Shown here in pieces: positions 17,974 through 26,193 of a stretch of 46,757 bases of DNA (position 1 is its first letter; every line of letters starts with the position of its first letter). The notes beneath the pieces are model-generated. The model worked only from the letters and a program-made list of their open reading frames with translations, ran no database searches and was not told the DNA's origin. The stretch is from positions 1 through 46,757 of IMG/VR virus record IMGVR_UViG_3300017700_000896. One strand, given 5' to 3'. The DNA comes from a virus (lineage: Duplodnaviria; Caudoviricetes). The translations under genes and the position numbers were made by a program.

Positions 17974-18435
17974 ATGCCAAGAGCCAAAAGCCTCATCGAA
18001 CGCAGCGAAGTTTTCGCAAGCCTGAAAGTTCACTCTTTGAATGTTGGCGAAAAGAAAGATTGCTCCGTGGTTGCTGTGAGCGTCGTTTGCGGTGTTTCTT
18101 ACGACATCGTCCATGCAACGCTTTCCAAGCTTGGCCGCAAAGACGGCCATGGCGTTTCAACTTATGCAATTTGCGAAGCTTGCCGCCAACTTGGCTTCAA
18201 AGTTACGCGAGTGGCCCAACAAGAATTCATTCAACGCTATCCCAGCAGCCATCAAATTCTGAAGAGCGTCACCACCCATCATCCGGAGCGCTTCAAGGCC
18301 GCTTTCGCCAACGAGGTTCCGCTGTTGATGTTCGTCAACCGTCACGTTTCGGCCTTCCGTGAAGGCAAGCTCCACGACTGGGCCGTTGGCCGCGCGCTGC
18401 GCTGCGAATCGATCTATCGCGTCACCAAAATTTAA
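17974..18435 (+). CDS. Papain-fold/C39-like protein (putative)
   Basis: DCSVVAVSVVCGVSY, RHVSA, LHDW: Cys-His-Asp spacing; AAGGA RBS. Confidence 0.6.
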   Translation: MPRAKSLIERSEVFASLKVHSLNVGEKKDCSVVAVSVVCGVSYDIVHATLSKLGRKDGHGVSTYAICEACRQLGFKVTRVAQQEFIQRYPSSHQILKSVTTHHPERFKAAFANEVPLLMFVNRHVSAFREGKLHDWAVGRALRCESIYRVTKI

Positions 18436-18459
18436 CCAACTCAGAAAGGAAAACTGAAA

Positions 18460-18624
18460 ATGCAACTCGCCAGCTTCAACGCCCAACTCGCAAAGGTTCA
18501 CGCCGTCGCTGGCGGGTTGATCGAAAAGGCCGCGACCAAAGAACAGGCCATCGCGCAAAAGGCCCAAGTGGCCGCGCTCATCGCTGAACTGTCCCTTCTC
18601 AACGCCAAGATCTTGGCACTTTAA
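18460..18624 (+). CDS. Small Ala-rich helical protein (54 aa, not in ORF track)
   Basis: AAGGA RBS; MQLASFNAQLAKVHAVAGG...LNAKILAL. Confidence 0.7.
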   Translation: MQLASFNAQLAKVHAVAGGLIEKAATKEQAIAQKAQVAALIAELSLLNAKILAL

Positions 18625-18647
18625 TTTCACCACCAAGGAGTTTTCAA

Positions 18648-19199
18648 ATGTCTTCATTCAACGTCACCGCCGCCACCACCAAAGAACTCGTCAACGAGTA
18701 CAACCGGATCACAGGCAAGTCCATCACAAAATTCTCCAGCCGTGCTGCTGGTGAAAAACAATACGCTGCAGCCGTCGCCGCGCTCGCCAAGGACGAGGAC
18801 GAAGAGAAGCCCGCTGCGAAGCCGAAGAGCGCGCTGGCGAAGACCGCCGCGATGATGGACAAGGTTAGCCAGCCGAAGCCCGCCAAGGCCGCTCGCGTCG
18901 CCAAGCCCAAGGCCGTCAAGGCACCCGCCGACCGCTCTGCCGCCATTCGCAAGTCGTGGTCCGTTCTCGCGACCCACAACAGCCGCAGCGCCCGCCACAA
19001 CGTCCAAGTCCACGAAGAAGGGCGCAAGGCCGAAACGCTGAAGGACTATCGCAGCACGCTGGCCGCTTTCGAGGCACTGGGCTTGCCGATCGGCACCCAC
19101 ATCCGCTTCCGCATGGAGCTGAAGCGCGACGGCAAGAAGACCTTCGAGCACGACGGCGTGAAATACCAATTCGCGATCGTCGAAAAAGCTGCGGAGTAA
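18648..19199 (+). CDS. Lys/Ala-rich putative DNA-binding protein
   Basis: AAGGAG RBS; ELVNEYNRITG..KFSSR, PAK-rich linker, AFEALGLP..HIRFR.ELK. Confidence 0.75.
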   Translation: MSSFNVTAATTKELVNEYNRITGKSITKFSSRAAGEKQYAAAVAALAKDEDEEKPAAKPKSALAKTAAMMDKVSQPKPAKAARVAKPKAVKAPADRSAAIRKSWSVLATHNSRSARHNVQVHEEGRKAETLKDYRSTLAAFEALGLPIGTHIRFRMELKRDGKKTFEHDGVKYQFAIVEKAAE

Positions 19200-19202
19200 G
19201 TC

Positions 19203-19919
19203 GTGAAAGTCACCCTCATCAGCGTCACCCCGGACGCCATGGACGTTCTCCTGTTCACGAAGGCCACCCGACTCAACATGAGCCCCGGCCTGCTGGACGA
19301 GATCCGCGCATGGCCGCGCGACAAGAAGCTTGCCGAACTCGACTACATGGCGAACACCATCCCAAGCTCGTGGGAGTTCGTTGATTACACTTTTCTCGTC
19401 GAAGGCGTCAGCCGCGCCTACACGCATCAGCAAGTCCGGACGCGCGCGGCTTCCTACGCTCAGCAAACGATGCGCGTCCTGGACATGGGCGACTTTGATT
19501 ATGTGTACACGGGGAAGCTCGACGATGAAGACACCATCGAGCGCGCAGCCGTGGATCAGGTGTTGCAGGCGATCAAGGACACCTACAACTACCTCATCAA
19601 GCGCGGCGTGCCGCCCGAAGACGCGCGCGGGATCCTGCCGACCAACATTGCAACCAACATCGTTTGCAAATTCAACCTTCGCACGCTGGCTGAGTTGGCG
19701 CGCTCGCGCACCGGAGGCCGCACGCAAGGTGAGTATCAAAGTGTTATCAACGCGATGCTCGACGAGGCGCTGAGGGTCCACCCGTGGGCTGACACTTTCT
19801 TCTTCCCGCGTCAGCGCGATTACTTCGCTGAGATCGAAGCATTCGCCAAGCGCGAGTTCCCGAACCTTCTCAAGCGCGGCGAGCTTTTGAAGATCGTGGA
19901 CAAGATGCGGAAGGGCTGA
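19203..19919 (+). CDS. thyX: Non-canonical flavin-dependent thymidylate synthase (ThyX-like)
   Basis: FLVEGVSRAYTHQQVRTR..SYAQQTMR, EDARGILP, FNLRTL, TQGEY; RHRx7S replaced by RTRx7T. Confidence 0.88.
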   Translation: MKVTLISVTPDAMDVLLFTKATRLNMSPGLLDEIRAWPRDKKLAELDYMANTIPSSWEFVDYTFLVEGVSRAYTHQQVRTRAASYAQQTMRVLDMGDFDYVYTGKLDDEDTIERAAVDQVLQAIKDTYNYLIKRGVPPEDARGILPTNIATNIVCKFNLRTLAELARSRTGGRTQGEYQSVINAMLDEALRVHPWADTFFFPRQRDYFAEIEAFAKREFPNLLKRGELLKIVDKMRKG

Positions 19920-19922
19920 GCC

Positions 19923-20135
19923 GTGGTTATCACACTCAAAGACGGAACGATCTTGAAGGGCAGCTTCCCCGGCTTTGTCCACGGCTACGTTGCTTCAAAG
20001 ATCGAGATCGAGGCAGACGACATTTTGAGGATGCGCTTGATGGCGAGGCAAGCTCCTGAAGATTTCAACGTCGCAATGCTTCAGCTCGAATATCGTTTTG
20101 ATTGCCGCAGAAACCCTCCGGCAACAGGAGGCTGA
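19923..20135 (+). CDS. Hypothetical protein adjacent to ThyX-like gene
   Basis: 70-aa ORF starting 3 nt after the thyX stop. Confidence 0.6.
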   Translation: MVITLKDGTILKGSFPGFVHGYVASKIEIEADDILRMRLMARQAPEDFNVAMLQLEYRFDCRRNPPATGG

Positions 20136-20137
20136 TC

Positions 20138-20380
20138 ATGCAGTCGTCGCAAAGCTCAACGATGCTGGCTCACAAACGCGCCATGCTGAAGTTCAAGTTT
20201 CGAAAGCCCCGATTCTTCGCGTCATGCCGCGACGCGATCTCCGTCCGCAGGCGCTGGAAGAAGAACGGCTTGAAGCGCAAGAACAAGTTTGTGAAGCCCA
20301 GCAAGTCGCGCTCTCTTTATCTGGCGTTGTGGCGCGCCTTCAACTTTCGCGTACACGCCGGCACCGAATTACCGTTTTAA
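20138..20380 (+). CDS. Hypothetical highly basic protein
   Basis: GGAGG RBS before ATG 20138; K/R-rich. Confidence 0.55.
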   Translation: MQSSQSSTMLAHKRAMLKFKFRKPRFFASCRDAISVRRRWKKNGLKRKNKFVKPSKSRSLYLALWRAFNFRVHAGTELPF

Positions 20381-20392
20381 CAAGGAGCATTT

Positions 20393-20608
20393 ATGATCAT
20401 CGAATTTTACAGAGGGCTCAAGCGCCCCGGCAACAAAGGCCTGCCGATCCCCGGCGATTGGTATTGGCGTCTCAAGGCAAAGAACGGCAAGACGATCGCG
20501 GACGGCGCGGAATCGTACAGCAACCGTGGCAACGTGAAGCGCGCCTGCGGCAAGGTGGCCGCGCTCATGAAGCCGGGCGCAGTGAAGATCGTTGAGGCAG
20601 AATCCTGA
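20393..20608 (+). CDS. YegP/DUF1508 family protein
   Basis: WYWRLKAKNGKTIADGAESYSNRGN. Confidence 0.85.
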   Translation: MIIEFYRGLKRPGNKGLPIPGDWYWRLKAKNGKTIADGAESYSNRGNVKRACGKVAALMKPGAVKIVEAES

Positions 20609-21117
20609 TGCGCACGATCATCTGCGACATCGACAACTGCTTGGCGGACGACGGTTGGCGGATCCCGTTCATCAACTGGCAAAAGACCGGCGACGAGCGT
20701 TATGCGGACTACCACTCGCTGTCCGGCTTCGATCGCCCGGTTCACGCGGCAAATGGCTCCGTGCTGCCCTTGTGGTCTGGCGATCGCGTTGTCTTCCTCA
20801 CGGCGCGCCCGGTTCTGCACGAAGCTCTCACGAGGCATTGGCTGACGGCCATCGCGCGCATCCCCGCAGGCTTTACCCTTCTGATGCGTCCGAATGGCTT
20901 CCGTGGCTCCAGCCCCGAAGTCAAGCAGATGCAACTGGGCTGGCTCTTCGGTCCGAACAACTGTTACAAAGTAAAGAAGGAGGAAATCGTGATGGCCTTC
21001 GACGACCACCAAGGCGTCGTGGACATGTATCGCTCGAACGGCATCCCCGCCGTTCGCCATTTCATTCACACCGTGGACGCATTTCATGACCCAATCCGAA
21101 ACATCGCTTGCCTCTGA
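20608..21117 (+). CDS. HAD-family phosphatase (PNKP-phosphatase/nucleotidase-like)
   Basis: ICDIDNCL motif I, FLTARP, LLMRP, K, AFDD. Confidence 0.85.
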   Translation: MRTIICDIDNCLADDGWRIPFINWQKTGDERYADYHSLSGFDRPVHAANGSVLPLWSGDRVVFLTARPVLHEALTRHWLTAIARIPAGFTLLMRPNGFRGSSPEVKQMQLGWLFGPNNCYKVKKEEIVMAFDDHQGVVDMYRSNGIPAVRHFIHTVDAFHDPIRNIACL

Positions 21118-21448
21118 CGCGCCCGCATCGCTGCGGATCGACAAACAGCCGAAGACGACAGGCGACATCCTGCGCGACATGGCTTCGACCTTCGACGAGC
21201 GCAACAAGGTTTACGGCAGCAACTACCTGATGGTGTCGAAGCTCGTCAAGGTCTTGTTCCCAAACGGCGTGCCGCCCGGCCTCGTCGAAACGGACCACTG
21301 GCATTTGTTCGAGTTGAAGTTGGTTAAGCTCTCGCGCTTCGCCATCAGCAACCTTTCGCACGAAGACTCGATTCACGACGACGGCGTGTACAGCGCCATG
21401 ATCGAATCGATCCTTCACCGCGATCGTCTCGCGAAGGGTGCAAGATGA
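21086..21448 (+). CDS. All-alpha nucleotide-modification-associated / NTP-pyrophosphatase-like protein
   Basis: DILRDMASTFDERNKVYG, KLSRFA, HEDSIHDDGVYSAM pattern. Confidence 0.65.
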   Translation: MTQSETSLASDAPASLRIDKQPKTTGDILRDMASTFDERNKVYGSNYLMVSKLVKVLFPNGVPPGLVETDHWHLFELKLVKLSRFAISNLSHEDSIHDDGVYSAMIESILHRDRLAKGAR

Positions 21449-21645
21449 AAGGCGACATCCGGCAATTCCCAACGCGGATCGCTTTGAAAACGTCTGGCCC
21501 AATCCCGGTCGTCGAATGCAAATGGCCGGACGGCACCAACAAGTCTCTCGACAACGCCTTCAACTGGGACACCGGCGCGCCCAGCGCCTTTTCTGCAACC
21601 TCGCAAGCTGAACGTCAGCGCAAAATCAAGGAACAAAAATCATGA
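21445..21645 (+). CDS. Hypothetical protein
   Basis: 66 aa, ATGA overlaps on both sides. Confidence 0.65.
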   Translation: MKGDIRQFPTRIALKTSGPIPVVECKWPDGTNKSLDNAFNWDTGAPSAFSATSQAERQRKIKEQKS

Positions 21646-22349
21646 GCAAAATTCTCGTCACAGGATCCAACTCCGGCTTGGGCTTGGCAATCGCAACGGC
21701 GCTCATCGCCGCTGGCCACACCGTCATTAACTATGACATCATCGGTCCGGACGGCGATCTGGACAGCCGCATGGACGTTCGCCGTCCGGATCTCCGGCAA
21801 CTCGAAGATCTTTGCGGAGGCGAACTGGATGTGTTGATCAACTGCGCCGGAGTCAACATCATCAACTGGCTCGAAAAGTTCAACGAGGCTCAGTGGGACT
21901 TGGTGATGGACGTGAACGCCAAGGGCATCTTCATGATGAGCAAGGCCTGCTTGCCGTTTCTCGCGAAGACCAAGGGCACGATCGTCAACGTCGTCAGCAA
22001 CGCTGCGCACATGCCGATGACTTGCTCACTCGCATACAACGCTTCCAAAGGCGCGGCCCACATCATGACGCTCCAGCTCGCGCGCGAGCTTACGAAGAAG
22101 TGGGGCATCACGGTCTTCGGCATCGCGCCAAACAAGCTCAAGGGAACGGGCATGAGCGAGGCCATCGACGAGCAAGTTGTTGCGACTCGCGGATGGACCA
22201 AGGAGCAGGCCGTGGCCTACCAACTGCAAGGGCTTCTCGCGGGCGAAGAGACGCCGCCCGAATCCGTTGCCGACTTCTTGGCCTACCTGCTGCGGAACAA
22301 GGACAACCACCGCTTCTTGACCGGCACCGTTATCCCTTACGGCGCTTAA
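21642..22349 (+). CDS. Classical short-chain dehydrogenase/reductase
   Basis: TGSNSGLG, LINCAG, VNAKG, VVS, YNASK catalytic motif, LTGTVI. Confidence 0.95.
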   Translation: MSKILVTGSNSGLGLAIATALIAAGHTVINYDIIGPDGDLDSRMDVRRPDLRQLEDLCGGELDVLINCAGVNIINWLEKFNEAQWDLVMDVNAKGIFMMSKACLPFLAKTKGTIVNVVSNAAHMPMTCSLAYNASKGAAHIMTLQLARELTKKWGITVFGIAPNKLKGTGMSEAIDEQVVATRGWTKEQAVAYQLQGLLAGEETPPESVADFLAYLLRNKDNHRFLTGTVIPYGA

Positions 22350-22352
22350 GTC

Positions 22353-22796
22353 ATGGCGCGTCTCTATGCGTCGCTGTATGAACGTCTTGTCGCCAACACC
22401 ATTGTCGATGAAGACGGGTGCTGGATCTGGCAAGGCGTCATCGCGAAGGCCAACGGCTATCCGCGCTTGGCGATGCGCGTCCCTGGAAGATCGCACCCCG
22501 TCCAAGTCGCCGCGCATCGCAAGATGCTGGAGATCACGACGGGCTGGCTGTTCCCCTTCGACGAGGCAGGCCACAAATGTTACAAACAGGCTTGCATCCG
22601 ACCGGACTGCCTGCGCATCGAGACGCGCGCCGAAAACATGGACCAGCAGCGCAACCGCATCGGCTACAACCATGACGGGCGATGGATCCCTGTTCTCTTC
22701 CCGACGCCGGAGCGGTTGCTGGATGAAGCCGCTGAGCGCGCTTGGGAAGGCATCGGCACAGTTGTCCATCCGATCGACGAGCCTTGCCCGTTTTAA
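22353..22796 (+). CDS. HNH/His-Me finger endonuclease
   Basis: GCWIWQG, NGYP, AHR, HKCYKQACIRPDCL..TRAEN. Confidence 0.82.
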   Translation: MARLYASLYERLVANTIVDEDGCWIWQGVIAKANGYPRLAMRVPGRSHPVQVAAHRKMLEITTGWLFPFDEAGHKCYKQACIRPDCLRIETRAENMDQQRNRIGYNHDGRWIPVLFPTPERLLDEAAERAWEGIGTVVHPIDEPCPF

Positions 22797-22798
22797 TC

Positions 22799-23167
22799 AT
22801 GGGCATGCTCGACTACGTTGTCCACAGGATCGCCGCAACGCGCAACTTAGTACGCGAGCGGTTGATTGCTGGAGATGTTCCGCATTGGATAAAAAGATCC
22901 AAGCGCGCCCGCTATATCTCAGCGATAATTATTTCAACGCCGCCGTGGGTTGATCGTGATGCGCTGAAGCTCATCCAATACAACTGCCGGTGTCTCACCG
23001 AATTTACAGGAGTCGAATATCACACAAACCACATCGTTCCGCTAAACCACCCGCTAGTCTGCGGCTTGACGGTTCCATGGAATCTTGAAAATATTCCAGC
23101 CAAGCAAAACATCGCGCAGAGCAATCACTGGAACAATGATCGGCAACCCGATCTCTTCAACTTATAA
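22799..23167 (+). CDS. HNH endonuclease-like protein, possibly degenerate
   Basis: TPPW, TG..YHTNHIVPL...VCGLTVPWNL..I.A..N. Confidence 0.75.
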   Translation: MGMLDYVVHRIAATRNLVRERLIAGDVPHWIKRSKRARYISAIIISTPPWVDRDALKLIQYNCRCLTEFTGVEYHTNHIVPLNHPLVCGLTVPWNLENIPAKQNIAQSNHWNNDRQPDLFNL

Positions 23168-23186
23168 CTTCTTCAGAGGCTTCAAA

Positions 23187-24278
23187 ATGTTTGGCAAAAC
23201 CGAATACCAGCTTTCATTGGTGAAAAACTACGTCGCGCATTGGGGGCTATCGGAAGCCGTCCGTGAGCTGATTCAAAACGCTCTCGACAGCGCTTCGCCT
23301 TTCGTGTATGAATTCGTCAAGATCGAAGGCGAAGAAAAAACCACCTTCGTTCTCAACAGCGAGTTCGCGATTCTTCCGGCGAGCTGCTTGCTGCTGGGCG
23401 CAACGAGCAAGGCTGACGACGCCGACGCGATCGGATCCTTCGGCGAGGGCTTCAAAATCGCGCTGTTGGTGCTGACCCGGCTTGGCTTCGACGTGGACAT
23501 GTTTAACGGCGACAAGCTTTGGAAGCCGCGATTCAAATTTGTCAAGCAATTCGGCGAAGAGCTTTTGGTGATTGACGAGTCGCCGTTGACGAACAGCACG
23601 AACAAGGGTTTGACGTTCCACGTCCATGGCCTCGACGAAGACGACTTGAACCAGATCGTCGCCTGCTGTCTCAAGATGCAAAGCGAAGTCGGCGAGATCC
23701 GCAAGACGACGCGCGGCGACATCCTGATGGAGCGACCGGGCGAGCTGTATGTGGGCTCGCTGTTCATCTGCAAGACCAACCTCGAATTCGGCTACAACAT
23801 CAAGCCCGAATTCATGAAGCTGGAGCGCGACCGGCAAACGGTGAGCGACTGGGATCTGAAGGACACCACGAAGGAGATGTGGTTTGAAACCAAAGACTTC
23901 GATCTCATCGCGAAGCTCATCGAGAAGGAAACGCCAGATCTGGAATATGTCCAATACGGCGCGCCGGAGATCGTGAAGGAAGCTTGCTATGCGCTCTTTC
24001 GTTCGAAGAATCCCGGCGCTGTCATCGCGCGCAACAGCGAAGAGATGAAGAAGCTGGTGGAACTCGGCATGACGGTTTACGTCGGCGGTGGCAGCTACTA
24101 TTCCGCTGTGTCCTCGTCGCGTTCTTACCGCAGCGAGAATCCAGCGATGTTTGTCACGACTTCGCCGACGCAGCATTTGTCGAAGTGGCTCAGCGCCAAT
24201 CGTGGCGAGATGCGAAGTAAGGCCATCGAGTCGTTCAAAAAAGATCTCATCGAGCTTTCCAAAAACTGGAAGGCGTAA
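23187..24278 (+). CDS. GHKL/HATPase-domain protein
   Basis: EAVRELIQNALD (N-box), LLGATSK, IGSFGEGFK, GLTF; GAGG RBS. Confidence 0.82.
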   Translation: MFGKTEYQLSLVKNYVAHWGLSEAVRELIQNALDSASPFVYEFVKIEGEEKTTFVLNSEFAILPASCLLLGATSKADDADAIGSFGEGFKIALLVLTRLGFDVDMFNGDKLWKPRFKFVKQFGEELLVIDESPLTNSTNKGLTFHVHGLDEDDLNQIVACCLKMQSEVGEIRKTTRGDILMERPGELYVGSLFICKTNLEFGYNIKPEFMKLERDRQTVSDWDLKDTTKEMWFETKDFDLIAKLIEKETPDLEYVQYGAPEIVKEACYALFRSKNPGAVIARNSEEMKKLVELGMTVYVGGGSYYSAVSSSRSYRSENPAMFVTTSPTQHLSKWLSANRGEMRSKAIESFKKDLIELSKNWKA

Positions 24279-24305
24279 CGCTTTTATCAACCTCAGAAAG
24301 AAAAC

Positions 24306-24791
24306 ATGGACCACAATATCACCTCCAAACTCGTCTTCCGCGTTGAGCAAGTCGCTCTGTGCCCGAAGGATCCCGCGCGCGCGATCGCGCTGCTCACCAA
24401 AATGGGCGCAGGTGAATGGGCGCGCGATCACGTGAAGGCGTCCGGGCGCGTCTTCGGCGCGGGCGGAACCAACGAGGCGAATTTGGCCTTCGACTATGAG
24501 CTGCTGAAAGGCGCGAATGAGTTGGAAGTCCTCGAATACACGGACGGTCCAAACTGGATGGAGCTCGCGCCAAACACCGTCAGTCATCTTGGCATGCATT
24601 GCGACGCGAAAGAATTGCTGCGCTGGCAAAAATTCTTCGCGGAAGAGGGAATTGCAGAAGCTCAATCCGTGCGGACCTTCAGCCACACCAACCCGGCGAT
24701 CAGCACGACGCGGCGTTACAACTACGTGATTTTTGACACGCGCGAGATACTTGGCGTGGACATCAAGTTCATCGTCCGGTTGCCGGCATGA
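24306..24791 (+). CDS. VOC/glyoxalase (methylmalonyl-CoA epimerase-like) protein
   Basis: VEQVAL, A.LAF, ELEVLEY..GPNW, SHLGMH, Y..FDTR..LG..K. Confidence 0.8.
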   Translation: MDHNITSKLVFRVEQVALCPKDPARAIALLTKMGAGEWARDHVKASGRVFGAGGTNEANLAFDYELLKGANELEVLEYTDGPNWMELAPNTVSHLGMHCDAKELLRWQKFFAEEGIAEAQSVRTFSHTNPAISTTRRYNYVIFDTREILGVDIKFIVRLPA

Positions 24792-25351
24792 AGGCGATCA
24801 TCTTTGACACGGAGACGACAGGGCTGGTGAAACCCGGCCTTATCGATCTCAGCAAACAGCCGAAGATCATCGAGCTTGGCTTGGTCATCGTCGAAAGCGA
24901 AGAGACGCCGACCGCTCGCATTTGGCGCATCACCGAAGAGCGCAATTGGCTCATCAATCCCGGCGAGCCGATCACGGCAGAGATCACGAAGATCACCGGC
25001 ATCAAAGACGAAGACGTTGCGGACAAGCCGGGCTTTGAAGAAGTTTGGTCAGAGGCTTGGGGCTACTTCGAAGGTGCCGGGATTTCTGTCGCTCACAACC
25101 ATCCATTCGACAAGGCGATGGTGGACAACGATTGCAGGCGCATCGATGGTGGCGAGCCGTTCAAGGCTTGGCCTGAAATTCAGATCTGCACCGTTCAAGA
25201 GTTCACGCACGTCTTCGGTCATCGCCCGAAGCTTACGGATCTCTATGAACGGTATATGGGCAAGCCGCTCGCGCAAACACACCGCGCGAGCGACGACGCA
25301 AAGGCGCTGGCAGAAGTCCTGCTGGCAATCAACTTTTTCGATTCAATCTGA
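24788..25351 (+). CDS. DEDDh 3'-5' exonuclease (Pol III epsilon-like)
   Basis: FDTETTGL, AHNHPFD, HRASDD. Confidence 0.93.
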   Translation: MKAIIFDTETTGLVKPGLIDLSKQPKIIELGLVIVESEETPTARIWRITEERNWLINPGEPITAEITKITGIKDEDVADKPGFEEVWSEAWGYFEGAGISVAHNHPFDKAMVDNDCRRIDGGEPFKAWPEIQICTVQEFTHVFGHRPKLTDLYERYMGKPLAQTHRASDDAKALAEVLLAINFFDSI

Positions 25352-25360
25352 GGGGCAGCC

Positions 25361-26005
25361 ATGAGCACCGATCTTCGCTTCACAACCCTTCGCAACGCCA
25401 ACACGTTGCGCCTTCCGCAATTCAAGAATTCCAAGGGTGGCCCGGCCCACAGCAAAGAAGACGGATCCGACTGGTCACCGGCCCAGTGGCTGCAAGCCGT
25501 TATCGGCGAGCTTGGTGAGTGGTGTGAGTTGCGCGTTGCCTTTGAAGAGGGCAAGATTACGAAGGAAGAATTTGTTGCAGCTTCCGCCAAGGAGTTGGCC
25601 GACGTTCAAACTTATTTCGACATCTTCGCGATGCGCTCGCTGGACATCACAGACGAGGCCAATCCTGTTTCTGCGGCAGGCAAGTTGATGTGCCTGATGG
25701 CGGATCTTGGCGCGTATGCCAACAACCGCAAGAAGCTCGATCGCGGCGACTTCGACGTTGAAGAATACATGAAGCGGAAAATCCCGCTCATCGACGCAGC
25801 AGGCGTGAAGTTGCAAGATCTCGCGGAACACGACTCTGATGTTTTCATTCTTCCAGAACCCGGCGACCAAGTTTATGCCGCTCACGCCACAGGCGTCGAT
25901 CTGACGCAAGCCGTGCAGAACAAGTTCAACGAGGTTTCCGTGCGAGTCGGATCTGATGTGCGGATCTTTGAAGATCGCATCCGCTTTTTCGCCCCGCCAC
26001 AATGA
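25361..26005 (+). CDS. MazG-like NTP pyrophosphohydrolase with internal duplication
   Basis: GELGE..E, KELADV, GVDLTQAVQNKFNE. Confidence 0.82.
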   Translation: MSTDLRFTTLRNANTLRLPQFKNSKGGPAHSKEDGSDWSPAQWLQAVIGELGEWCELRVAFEEGKITKEEFVAASAKELADVQTYFDIFAMRSLDITDEANPVSAAGKLMCLMADLGAYANNRKKLDRGDFDVEEYMKRKIPLIDAAGVKLQDLAEHDSDVFILPEPGDQVYAAHATGVDLTQAVQNKFNEVSVRVGSDVRIFEDRIRFFAPPQ

Positions 26006-26193
26006 CACCCGCTCTTCCGCCCGCGACCGGCCCGAACCCTGCAAAGGAAAAATTCTTTGCTGAGGCAGCGGGCGCTTTCGAGATCATGGCGCTGTGGTAC
26101 GGAATGACGGCGGAAGAGCAAGCCGAATTCAAGGCAACCGTGACGGGTTACGCCATCGCGCAAACCGAACGAAAACAAAGAGAGAAAAAGTGA
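26002..26193 (+). CDS. Hypothetical protein
   Basis: 63 aa, coupled by ATGA/GTGA overlaps. Confidence 0.65.
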   Translation: MTPALPPATGPNPAKEKFFAEAAGAFEIMALWYGMTAEEQAEFKATVTGYAIAQTERKQREKK

